DNA of 64,000 bases from a virus: positions 24,258 to 88,257 of IMG/VR virus record IMGVR_UViG_3300045125_000073, one strand, 5' to 3'. Both the position numbers and the translations under genes were made by a program. Below are positions 10,945 to 20,876 of this stretch, one piece after another. The notes beneath the pieces are model-generated. The model was not told where the DNA came from, did no database searches, and saw nothing but the letters and a program-made list of their open reading frames with translations. The first letter of the stretch is position 1. The number at the start of each line of letters is the position of its first letter.

Positions 10945-11556
10945 TCTATTAAATCCTCACTCATTCCTAGATTCTTTAATGCTTGTTTCTTTGAATCAAC
11001 ATCAGCCAGCCCCATCACAATATAACTGTTTTCGTTGCCATCTCCGGGCCATACACAATATTCTGGGCCTAAAATTTCATAACAAAACCATCTTTTTGAT
11101 AAAAACTATGAAGAATTCCAACAAGAGCTTCATGATCAAACCACTGTCCACTTGCTGCCATTTTTCTAGCTAAAAATGTCCAATGCTGTAAAAATTCTAA
11201 TGATTTTGAATTAAATGCAAAATATATGGGAGAAGCTTTTGCTGCATGTAATTTATTCATAGAGCATGCTACCGCTAAATCAGTATTGCCCTCAAACAAA
11301 TCAAAAACATGTAGTTGTTTTCTTACGTCTGAATCTATATCTAGCCAAACAACAGGCTTCTGTTTTTCTATTAATAATTTGTAAATAAATTGTGGTTTGC
11401 TTAAACAGTTTTGTTGATACGAACCCAATGATGTTTTTCTCGTATATCGTATGGTACACGAAGAGCATCTAACTGTTGCTTTAAACGTTTTGCGTGATCG
11501 CTATAGTACGTTTTTCCGTCTATATCACTATAAAAAGAAATCACTTCAGTTTTCAT
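10920..11556 (-). CDS. Putative GT-A nucleotide-diphospho-sugar transferase; frameshifted
   Basis: MKTEVISFYSD...CLSKPQFIYKLL...VVWLDIDSDV...WFDHEAL. Confidence 0.6.
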
Positions 11557-11558
11557 GG

Positions 11559-11963
11559 TTAAGAGTTTCCTATATGATATTTAGGCACAAGTTGCCAGTC
11601 TTTCTTTTCTTTATGCGGAATAATTTTTAGTTGAGCTAAAGAAATAATAGGAGAAGTGTATTCTTCTGAATCTACAGCCTCTACTAGCCCCCATTCCACG
11701 AGAAGTTTTACAATCATGTTACGATCGACCCAGATCTGTATCATCTATATCTGTTTCAAGACCATCCAGATCTAACATTTCTTTAAAGTGCATAATAGCG
11801 TATCGTCCACGCTTGTGGAGGATGTGGCAACTTTGATACAGCTTTTTTCTTTCTTAGACGATACACCCATTCGGGTAAGAGTCTCTTTAACCTTGAGGAA
11901 ATCGTCTTTAGTTTTTAGCCGAACTTCCACTCCAAGGCCATCAAAAATATCTTCGGGTTCCAT
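11559..11963 (-). CDS. regA: Translational repressor RegA; frameshifted
   Basis: DDFLKVKETLTRMGVSSKKEKKLYQSCHILHKRGRYAIMHFKE...RRNMIVKLLVEWGL...KEKKDWQLVPKYHIG; follows gp62. Confidence 0.93.
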
Positions 11964-12001
11964 AATAATCCGCTTTCATTTAAAATTTCAGTAACACGGA
12001 A

Positions 12002-12397
12002 TTATTTAGGAATTTTAGTATTTGTGCCACCCTGATCCAATAGGTCAGAAATTACTTTCCAATCTTGTTCGGAAATCAAATCCATAACCTGTTTGGCCTT
12101 GGTATGAGAATAACCGTATAGTGTCTTTAATGCGTCTATACGATCATTAGACTCGTCCTTGATCCATTTACTGAACCGTTTACGAGCTCGGGCAGACACC
12201 CGAAGAAAGTCGTACTGAAGCTTTTTACCCAGACCTGGTAGACGATTCATTTCGTTTGCCAGAAAGATGGTATCAGAAAAGTACGAAAGACCGCGATTAG
12301 CTAGAAACGGATTGTACTCCCGTTCACACCCGGGATCTTCGTCCATAAGTGGAATTTTTGTTTGATTTATGGAATTTAAAAAGTCAAACGGATTCAT
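12002..12397 (-). CDS. gp62: Clamp loader small subunit
   Basis: MNPFDFLNSIN...YNPFLANRGLSYFSDTIFLANEMN...RKRFSKWIK. Confidence 0.92.
   Translation of the reverse strand: MNPFDFLNSINQTKIPLMDEDPGCEREYNPFLANRGLSYFSDTIFLANEMNRLPGLGKKLQYDFLRVSARARKRFSKWIKDESNDRIDALKTLYGYSHTKAKQVMDLISEQDWKVISDLLDQGGTNTKIPK
12003..12009 (-). promoter_or_regulatory. Late-promoter-like motif (CTAAATA) before regA and the glycan island
   Basis: Overlaps the gp62 stop; same motif as before gp3. Confidence 0.4.
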
Positions 12398-12959
12398 TAT
12401 AATTTCCTAGCAGCCCAAGACATTTCAAATCCGCCCATAATCAGTTCATTTGGTTTATTAGCAAAAAATTCATCCACTGCCTTTATTACTCCCGGCCAAC
12501 CATGAGAGTAATCGTGGCCGCAGAAATATCCACCACTTTTTACTTTAGGATACCACAACTCTAAATCTTCTTTAACGGCTTCATATTCATGAGCAGCATC
12601 AATAAAAATTCCATCTATACTATTGTCTGCAAACAATTGAGACGCTTCTTTAGAAGTCATTTGTAAAGCTTTGAATTTGTCTCCAACTGGAGCTAAATTT
12701 TTTTAAATTCTTCAAACAAAGTATCATTGATAACTGCTGTCTCGTTTTTATGCTCGTCACTACCTTTCCAAGTATCAACCGCATAAATATTAAAATTTTT
12801 ATTGTTATTAATTGTTTCTACAATAAAATACGATAAACTTTTTCCCTTCCATACCCCAACCTCAACAAATACTCCATTTTCGGGTAGTACTTCTACTAAT
12901 TTAGTATACAATTGGGGAAAAGTAAACCACCCTTCTAAATTTTCATAAAAATGTTTCAT
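12397..12959 (-). CDS. Class I SAM-dependent methyltransferase (Methyltransf_24-like); frameshifted
   Basis: FVEVGVWKGKS, IDGIFIDAAHEYEAVKEDLELWYPKVKSGGYFCGHDY. Confidence 0.85.
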
Positions 12960-12975
12960 AATGTATTATTCCTTA

Positions 12976-12983
12976 AATTTATA
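12976..12983 (-). promoter_or_regulatory. Late-promoter-like motif (TATAAATT) before the inserted methyltransferase
   Basis: One mismatch to TATAAATA, followed by an AAGGA RBS. Confidence 0.4.
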
Positions 12984-12985
12984 AA

Positions 12986-13947
12986 TTATTCTTTAAACTC
13001 GCAGTTCATCATCAGTTCCACCATAAACGCACACAGATTAATCTCTTGATCGGCCACAAACGCAGCTCTTGTATTGGTACTCGCCAATAACCACAACCGC
13101 CTGAGGAATGCTCTTGGGGTCTAGATGCTCGTATAAGCCATCGTAGACCTTCCTAAACACGTCCTGAGGGCTGTTGTCTAGATTGTTGGCTACCCATTTA
13201 CGAATCTCTGTAAAGTTCTTGGTCTTGAGGAACCCCATCAGCTCCTTGATATTGAGTTCTCCAGCCGTACTAAGAATTCCGATATCAATAACTCCAGCAG
13301 CAGAGTACCGTTGGAGTTCATTCAGAGTACGACGAAAATCTGGAAAATATTTGACCACGACCTTGGACAGTACCTTGAGATCATACTTCAATACCTTCTT
13401 CGTCCAGAATACCTTGGCAACGAGTTAGGAACTGTTTTGCCAGTTCGGGGCGTTCCTTGGCCGGGAAGTTAAAATCAATAACTGTGCAACGAGAATGAAT
13501 AGGCTCAATGATACGGTTCTTGTAGTTACAGGTCAAGATAAACCGACACGTCTTGGCAAACTCTTCAATAGCTCCTCGAAGGGCAGGCTGAATGCTCTGG
13601 GCGTTGGAGTAATCAAACTCGTCCAGAATAACAATCTTTTGCTTGGCTCCTTCTGACAAAGACACCGTACTGGCAAACTGCCTGATCTTGGTTCGTAGAG
13701 TATCAATATTACCGTCTTCAGAACAGTTGATCAGGATGTAGTCTGCACCTAGTTGAGTACACAGAGCCTTGAGCCACGGTAGTCTTGCCCATACCGGGCT
13801 TACCTGCTAGGAGCAGATTAGGACATTCCCCAGATTCTACGATAGCATTAAACGTATCCTTGAGATCTTGGGAAGAACGCAGTGATCAATGAGTGCAGGA
13901 CGGTACTTCTCTACAAGAAGACCGATAGAATCGTTTGCGGTTAGCAT
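12986..13947 (-). CDS. gp44: Clamp loader large subunit (AAA+); frameshifted
   Basis: LVEKYRP, PGMGKTT, KQKIVILDEFDY, CRFILTCNYKNRIIEPIHSRC, YFPDFRRTLNELQRYS. Confidence 0.95.
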
Positions 13948-13948
13948 A

Positions 13949-14636
13949 TTATCCCTTGTAGGTGCTGCTGGCATCCATAGCCACCCAATACGTCAGCGGA
14001 CGACTGGCGTGTGTAAACTGACCAATTACGCTCTTGGAAAGAGCAACACGGTAATCACCGTCTAGCATCTTCATGTTTTCCATCTTGAAGTTAAACGAAA
14101 ACTCTGCTTCGTTCTTGTTTTCACCAACCTCAATAGAAAACACGTTACAAGTTGGATCCTTGAGATCACGAACCACGGCCATAACACTTTTCATTATCGG
14201 ATACAAAACACAAATCCGGATTGCCCAGAACTGCTGCTGCTCGTTGAAGTTCCTTGAAGTCATCCGCAGTAAGATCAAACTCCACTGCTGATTCGATCTT
14301 CTTAATGCTCTTGGTTGGATACGAAAGAAGCTTGGGATCAGAGTAGTAGTACTTCACTGTGGAACCACGAGTGCCAGTGATTGTCATGTATTTGTCTTCA
14401 AACGTAAACTCCGGTTCTTGAAATAGAGAAATTACACCAAGAAGCTTGTTAAGATCCCAGATACCAAATTCGGTGTCAAAAGATTCTTCAACTTCCACCT
14501 CTGCCATAATATTCTTGGTAGGAGACATTGTTGTAATCTTCGACCCGGCCTTTACGTACAGATTAGAATTAATACCACTGAAATTCTTGAGAATGTTCAG
14601 GGTGTCCTTAGAGATTGTTGTTGCCGCTTTAGTCAT
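13949..14636 (-). CDS. gp45: Sliding clamp; frameshifted
   Basis: ISKDTLNILKNFSGINSNL...EFGIWDLNKLLG...FNFKMENMKMLDGDYRVALS...LTYWVAM. Confidence 0.93.
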
Positions 14637-14651
14637 AATATAAATTTCCTT

Positions 14652-14837
14652 TTATTTATCAAATCGTTCAAAGTTTTCAAAATCTTCATTATCTGGAATG
14701 TGTCCATGGCGCAGATCATTCAACCATCCGTTTTGGTTTGGCTTGCGTCCACGCTTTTTCTTTCTTCGTGCAGCAGCTTCTTTTTGTTCGCGCCTCCAAC
14801 GTTCGTATTCCGATTCAGGTTCTGGTGTATACATCAA
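14652..14837 (-). CDS. Small basic hypothetical protein
   Basis: 61-aa ORF between rnh and gp45, overlapping the rnh stop. Confidence 0.55.
   Translation of the reverse strand: MMYTPEPESEYERWRREQKEAAARRKKKRGRKPNQNGWLNDLRHGHIPDNEDFENFERFDK
14653..14660 (-). promoter_or_regulatory. T4-type late-promoter-like motif (GATAAATA) before gp45
   Basis: Motif 16 nt upstream of the ATG, with an AAGGA RBS. Confidence 0.45.
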
Positions 14838-15679
14838 AACTCCTCTAAATGTGGCATAAGAGTCTTCAGTTTATGGTCAATAAAATACTGAAGCAGCTTA
14901 TCTCTGCCTTTTCCTTTCTGAGATTCATAAGTTTCTAAAATGCGATCTTGTAGATCTTGGGGTACATTACTCATATCGATCAGAGTGCTATTCCTAATAT
15001 ATTTAGGATCTGTATAAAATGAAGACGACTCAGAATCTTTCTTTAATTGCTCGATTCGTTTTTGTGTCATTCGTGCCTGACGTTTACCGTCTATAACAAA
15101 CGTATCATCATCACTCAACATGTTGGGAATACCATCGCTTGAGTCGCCACCGATAACGTGTTCAAAAAGAAATCCTCGTGGATCAGCACACGTAAGATAT
15201 TTATCTGTTGTAGGGCCGTATTGACTAACATTTGGAAAAATTTGTAGCTGTTGAAAGTCTTTATCGTTTGAAACAATTAAGGATCTTTTCTGTTTGTGAA
15301 TACGTCTTGCAAAGTAGTATAGATGACATCATCCGCTTCTGCTCCTTGCAGTCTAATACTGGGATACGGAAAGACTGTCTTTAATTTCTTCACGAAGAGT
15401 GTCTAGCACATCAAAAACTGCCTTCCACTCTTCTGCTTTTTTGCCGCTTGTTGCTTCTTGCGATTTTGCTTTGTAATACGGAAAAAATTCACGTCGCCAA
15501 TAGTTATTGCCATCATTACAGAGAATCATTTCTCCGTATTGAGCGAAACTTTGGTGCGGTATTTACGGTAAGTATTCAGGACGGTGTGGCGGATGTAATC
15601 TTCGTTTAGAGGCTCGCCATCTTTAGATGCCTGAAAAATATTTGCCAGAATAATCTGGTTATTGTCGATAAGTACACAT
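14834..15679 (-). CDS. rnh: T4-like RNase H / 5'-3' exonuclease; frameshifted
   Basis: LIDNNQIILANIF, YWRREFFPYYK, GAEADDVI, LIVSNDKDFQQLQ, IGGDSSDGIPNMLSDDDTFV, NSTLIDMSNVP. Confidence 0.9.
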
Positions 15680-15685
15680 GTTTTA

Positions 15686-15713
15686 AATATACCACATAAA
15701 ATACAGAAGTCAA
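15686..15713 (-). promoter_or_regulatory. Sigma70-like promoter upstream of rnh
   Basis: TTGACT-N16-TATATT with TGn extended -10, 6 nt before the ATG. Confidence 0.55.
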
Positions 15714-16033
15714 AAGATTTGTACCCATTGTTCAGAATCTGTGTCTTTAATGTATTTGTACAATTCTTCCAGTATCGGGATTATACCACTCATCTCCCTG
15801 AACTACACGAGATGGATGGGGTTATGAAATTAAAAAATGTAACAGTTGTTCCATTTCTTTCATTAGAAAGTGGTTCCCAACCTGATCCTTTATGTTCTGG
15901 AGATTTACAAAGATCTGGATTTCTGGTTGCAATATATGCTTCTCCGTTTTTATATACAATATCACCTTCTGTGTATTGGAATACAGTTTCCGGATGTATC
16001 TGTTACTCTAAAAATTACAGGAACATTAGCCAT
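15710..16033 (-). CDS. Hypothetical protein; frameshifted
   Basis: MANVPVIFRVTDTSG...EGDIVYKNGEAYIA...GDEWYNPDTGRLYKYIKDTDSEQWVQIF. Confidence 0.55.
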
Positions 16034-16766
16034 TAAGAATTTCCTTAAATTCCTCTAAGGTAGTTATCATTTGCTTAATTTTGCGTTTACCAAGGAATGA
16101 AAACCCTTCTTTAAGGTCTACGTCTTGGCCTTTATATGCTGTCTTCAGTTCTTTAATATGAGGATCTAATACTTTAGCAAGACGCTTATAGTGTACTGGT
16201 TTGATACCCTCACCACGAAGCCATTCTGTGTGATCCACATTTTTTAGACCATCACGTATTGCCAAATCGTAAAAATGATCAATACGGCCTTCAATTACGG
16301 CCATGTATTCTATGCTTTTCTTTAGAATACGCTCTTGAACATTTACCTTTTCCTTATTAGGATCTTCAACCTTAGCTGGACGAACTAGACCTTGATGGAT
16401 AATCTGATCTACATTCTTCTTGATCATATCCAACGTTTCAGGACGAAGTTTGCCTCCCAAATTCATGATTCGGCAACGACTGCCAATGTACATAAACTCC
16501 ATAGCATTGATATCGCATGCTGCAGCCGCCTTGATATCTTTCTTTGAATAATTGTTTTTCATCATCCAATCGATGACCCAAGGCTTGCACATATTATTGT
16601 CGCAAGAATAACTGTACCAGTTAATAGCCCGTAGGATCTTGGTATCATATTCTTCTGGTGTTAACTTGTCTGCATCCTTCCATACAGGCTCGCTACCCAT
16701 AATTAACGAGTCTACAGAATCTCCCCTACCGATACGGCGTGACACCTTTTTCTTTTTCTTTTTCAT
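16026..16766 (-). CDS. Hypothetical protein downstream of gp46
   Basis: Intact 246-aa ORF overlapping the gp46 stop. Confidence 0.7.
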   Translation of the reverse strand: MKKKKKKVSRRIGRGDSVDSLIMGSEPVWKDADKLTPEEYDTKILRAINWYSYSCDNNMCKPWVIDWMMKNNYSKKDIKAAAACDINAMEFMYIGSRCRIMNLGGKLRPETLDMIKKNVDQIIHQGLVRPAKVEDPNKEKVNVQERILKKSIEYMAVIEGRIDHFYDLAIRDGLKNVDHTEWLRGEGIKPVHYKRLAKVLDPHIKELKTAYKGQDVDLKEGFSFLGKRKIKQMITTLEEFKEILNG

Positions 16767-18493
16767 ACAATTCTACTGAAGTTCTTTTTCTTGTCAAATT
16801 GAACAACGTGATTGAATCTATCTAGTAGTTGGTCCGTCTTATGGCTGATCACATAAACGTTTGCACGAGCACCAAAACTAGACAGCAGTTTCATCAGCTC
16901 ATCCACTCCACCACTGTCCAAACTGGAATCAAATACTTCATCCAGAATAAGCAGATTAGTATTGACACTGTTCTTCAACTTTGCGATCTCTCGCCATGTC
17001 AGAAGCAGTGCCAGATCGATCCTCATCTTCTCGCCTTCGCTAAACGATTCGTAACAGAACTCGTCACGATGGCGGCTCTTGATAACTTCATTAAACTCCT
17101 CGTCTAGATGAAAATTTGCGTAGAAGTCCATGTTGTTCAGATACTTGTTCACGTACTTGTTGATTAGTGGAATATAATATTTCACAATCTTAGCTTTGAT
17201 TCCACTGTCCTTGAACAGGAATACCAGTTTATCATAAGAACGAAGCGTGTCAAGTGCTTTTTGTTTTTTTCTAAAAGTTTTCCTTGTTTAGACAGCAGAT
17301 CAGAAAGACGATCTTGTGCTTCTTGAATTTTAGCTTGAGTATCTGCAGTTTCTACAACAGTCAGCATCTCTTGATCCAAACGTTCATTAAGTTTGATCAG
17401 AGACTCCATGGTTTGTTCTTTTAGCAGAAGCTTTGATAATTAAGTCATTAAGTTTATTCTGAACAGACGTGACTCTTGTTCAGATTATTTTTAGACATAT
17501 TGATGGCTTCTTTTATACGGTCCAACGAGCGACGGTGTTCTTGGGCCTTCTCAGACTTTTCTGAGATTACTGTCTCTTTGTGTTCTTTGCTGATGGTCTG
17601 CTTACAAGTTGGGCAACTGTGGTTTTTCTCGAAAAACTGGATGTCTGTCTTGTACGCTTTCAATGGTGTTCTCAAGTTTAAACAACACAATCTGCTGCTT
17701 CTTGAGTTCCGCATTAATCTGATCTCCTGGTTCAATTTCCGTCTCTAGTTCTTTCATGGACTTTTGAAGAGTTTTAATTTCTTTAGACAACCCCTTAATT
17801 GTCTCGGTGTTTTCTTCCAGAGTCTTTTTACGATCCGCCACACGATCTGAGGTATTGCGCTGGTACGACTCTAACTACCTCTTTGGTTGCATGATACTTT
17901 CTCATTTACCAATAATAGCTCAGACTCTACAGCTTGCAGGTTGCCTTTGGCAGTGCCTATTTTGGTTTTCAGAACGCCATTCATCTCTGAGAAAATACCA
18001 ATGTCTAGAATATTCTCAATAACAAGACGGCGATCTGCAGGTGTTAACTGCATAAATGGAATAAACGAAGACGAACCTAACACAACCACCTGAGAGAATG
18101 TCTTGTGGTTCATGCCCACAATTTGTTCTTCTAGAATCTTCTGGTAGTCTTTACTCTTAGCGTCTTCGTTTACTAGTTCATCGTCTTTATAGATTTTAAA
18201 TACTTTGGGTGATAGACCACGAACGACTTTATATTCTGTTTTTCCAATACTAAATTCTAGTTCAACAACACAGTTTTTCTTGTTGATGCTGTTTACCAGT
18301 TGAGGAATGTTCATGTTACGGAACGGTTTTCCGAACAGCGCAAAGCTAGATAGAGTCTAGAAACGCAAACGATTTACCGTTGCCATTAGAACCGCACACA
18401 AGAGTTGTGTTGTTTTTATTCAAGTTAATTTCAGTAAATGTATTACCGAAAGAACCAAAGTTTTTAAAACGAACCAGTCTTGAATGTTATCAC
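16763..18493 (-). CDS. gp46: Recombination exonuclease ATPase subunit (SbcC/Rad50-like); multiple frameshifts
   Basis: FKNFGSFGN, Walker A GSNGNGKS, CPTCKQ hook, FSEGEKMRIDLALL, LLILDEVFDSSLD. Confidence 0.95.
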
Positions 18494-19534
18494 TCTAAAC
18501 TCTCCATATAAATTTCACGAACAATATTCTTTAACTCTTCTTTATTGTCCGATTCCATACCATCGATCTCTCGGTTAATTGAGGTTGAGAGTATCATCAG
18601 TAATATCCAATTCTGGTTCGTCTCCAGCCCTTTTCACTAAGATCTTCAATAATACTAACACTGGCTGGTTCCACAGCATACAACGAATCCAGGAACTGGT
18701 CAAATTTTATTTCACTCTTTTTTTCGTAAACTATTACCTTTACGTAAGTTCCTTTATATTTGAGCCGGATCAAAATCCTGAATTAGTGTACCGTTTCTCC
18801 ATTCAATATTGTGAAATATTTTCATTTGTATTTTGTATAAACTGTAGTTCTCGGGTTTCTGTGTCTAAAATATGAAACCCTTTGGTTTCATTTGTGTCTA
18901 CAATGGTCATCTGATATTGGGTGCCTGTGTAATGCACATTTCCTTTGGAACTCTTTCTTGTGAAAATGGCCGGACAGCACCAGATCAAATTTCTCTAGGA
19001 ACTTGTCGTCCATGCCCTCACCAAACTTTACACCAGGCATTACTTCGTATCCAGTTAATTCCAAATGGCCTGCAAGAATGGTTGCTTTAGATATCAGCAA
19101 TCTTTTGCATAAATGGTTTTTGATTTTCTTCGTTGATCCACGGTACTAGTCAAAATAGACGCACCATTAAAACACACTTCTGTGACATCTTCGTATAGAT
19201 GAAATGATGGATGGCATCCACCAAGAACTTCTTTGGGAGAATTCAGGCGATTGGTATTCTTGTAAAACACATCGTGATTACCAAGAATGCAGTGAAGCTC
19301 CACGCCATTCTTATCAAACCATTCAATAAACCGCTTCTTGGTGTGGTGAAGTGTATTAAAGTTAATAAACTTACGCCTGTCAAACAGATCACCCAGATGA
19401 AGAACTTTGGTAATTCCATGCTCTTTGAGATACGGAAAAAACTGGTCTTCAAAGAACTTTAAGAAATGATTTAAAAACAGTGGAGAATCTCCACGTGCCC
19501 CAAAATGGGTGTCACTAATTACTGCAATTTTCAT
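18490..19534 (-). CDS. gp47: Recombination exonuclease nuclease subunit (SbcD/Mre11-like); frameshifted
   Basis: MKIAVISDTHFGAR, VLHLGDLFDRRK, ILGNHDVFYKN, VLSGHFH. Confidence 0.95.
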
Positions 19535-20124
19535 GATTTCTTGACGACGCTTTTTGCGTTTCTTTGGTTCATACTTTTCAATATCACGTTCAGAAATGCT
19601 AAAATGTTCGGTTAATGCTTCTCGTTCATTTGATTTATCAAAATAATTTTCTTTAAACCACTTGTGTAGTGTACCATCATCCATGTTTTCTGTCAACTTA
19701 AATTTTATATATGCTTGTTTTTTTCGCGTTCTATTCGTCGTAAGAAATGCGTAATATATTATTTGAGTAAAATATGAAAATGGATTTTTTGATTTTCTTG
19801 GATTAAAGTTATGAGCGTACATCAAGCAGTTTTCTATTCCGTCACCAATCATTTCATCCTTGTACGGATAATTCATAAAATTAGATTTAGAACATAATCG
19901 TTCTGCTATTTTTAAAAACAACTTCCAATATATTCTAGAAACAGGAGGTCGTTCATCACCACTATCTTCTGCTTCGCGTATTTCTTTTTTCCATTTAATC
20001 ATTTCTGTCTAAAAACTTGTTTGTTGTCAACGTAATGATCGTTATTTAATTCTTTTTCTACTATTTTTTCTATTTTTTCTTCTGTTATTTTTTTCTTAAC
20101 TTTTTTAGTTTTTCCACTTGACAT
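19531..20124 (-). CDS. gp55: Late-transcription sigma factor; frameshifted
   Basis: HYVDNK, FLKIAERL...NFMNYPYKDEMIGDGIENCLMYAHNFNPRKSKNPFSYFTQIIYYAFL; directly upstream of gp47. Confidence 0.92.
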
Positions 20125-20146
20125 CATGTAAAATTCCTGTTATAAT
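20118..20146 (+). promoter_or_regulatory. Perfect-consensus sigma70 promoter, antisense orientation, overlapping the gp55 start
   Basis: TTGACA (20118-20123), 17-nt spacer, TATAAT (20141-20146). Confidence 0.6.
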
Positions 20147-20174
20147 ATATTGTCTGAGTAAAAAAAGAATTAGA

Positions 20175-20876
20175 TTAACGGTAATCGTCTGAAGAAGGAT
20201 CGGCATTCCAATCCGTCCAGTCGTTACCTAGATTCTTTTTACCTTTCTTATTACCCGTAAACTTATTGGGATGCATTCCTTCACCATTTTCATTGGTGAT
20301 TTCATTTATCATTTCACCAAATTCTTTTCGACTCAGCAATCCTGAGCGAAGAAGTTCTACGATTACTTCTGGTGAAAATACCAAGTTCATAAACACCATT
20401 TTATCATCTTTTCGAGGTTTTGCAAGATTCTTTTAAGTTAGAATCTGTCTTCGGGCATATTCATCATTTCTTCTAACATTTTCTCTAAATTTTGTTGAAT
20501 GCATAGCGAATCATGTTCCGTAAAGAGGTGGAAGGGCTTCTTGTTGTATTTGGAGTATACAGGTCTGAGCTTTGGCAATTAAATTTATCTTCTTTTTTAA
20601 TTTCATTTTCGTATAAAAATGCTACATCTTTTGATGGTTCTAACAAGGTAGTAACAGAATCTTTAGAAATAATTGTCTGTCTATCAGAAGAAAGAATTAA
20701 CCAGTTTTTAAGCATAAACAGCTCTTTCATATTACCAAACAAATCATGAGAAACCATTGATTTTAAACACCATAGGACGATGTAATTTATAACTACCGTC
20801 TTCTGGTTCGTGGTAACACCAGCTAATCAGTTCTTCACCCGATTTCATTTTGATTATTTTGTATATGTTTTGTCAT
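20175..20876 (-). CDS. Hypothetical protein between uvsW and gp55; frameshifted
   Basis: IIKMKSGEELI...KLHRPMVFK...LKNWL; position typical of aquatic T4-like phages. Confidence 0.65.

Noticed and set aside
1-11556. GT island as a T4-style DNA glucosylation system
   Set aside because: No dCMP hydroxymethylase or alpha/beta-glucosyltransferase motifs are present, and the families resemble surface-glycan enzymes. Ranked less likely, not formally excluded.
19094-20002. Apparent gp55-gp47 fusion ORF (302 aa)
   Set aside because: gp47 has its own ATG at 19534 overlapping a TGA at 19531, and both genes are frameshifted elsewhere; the fusion is an indel artefact.
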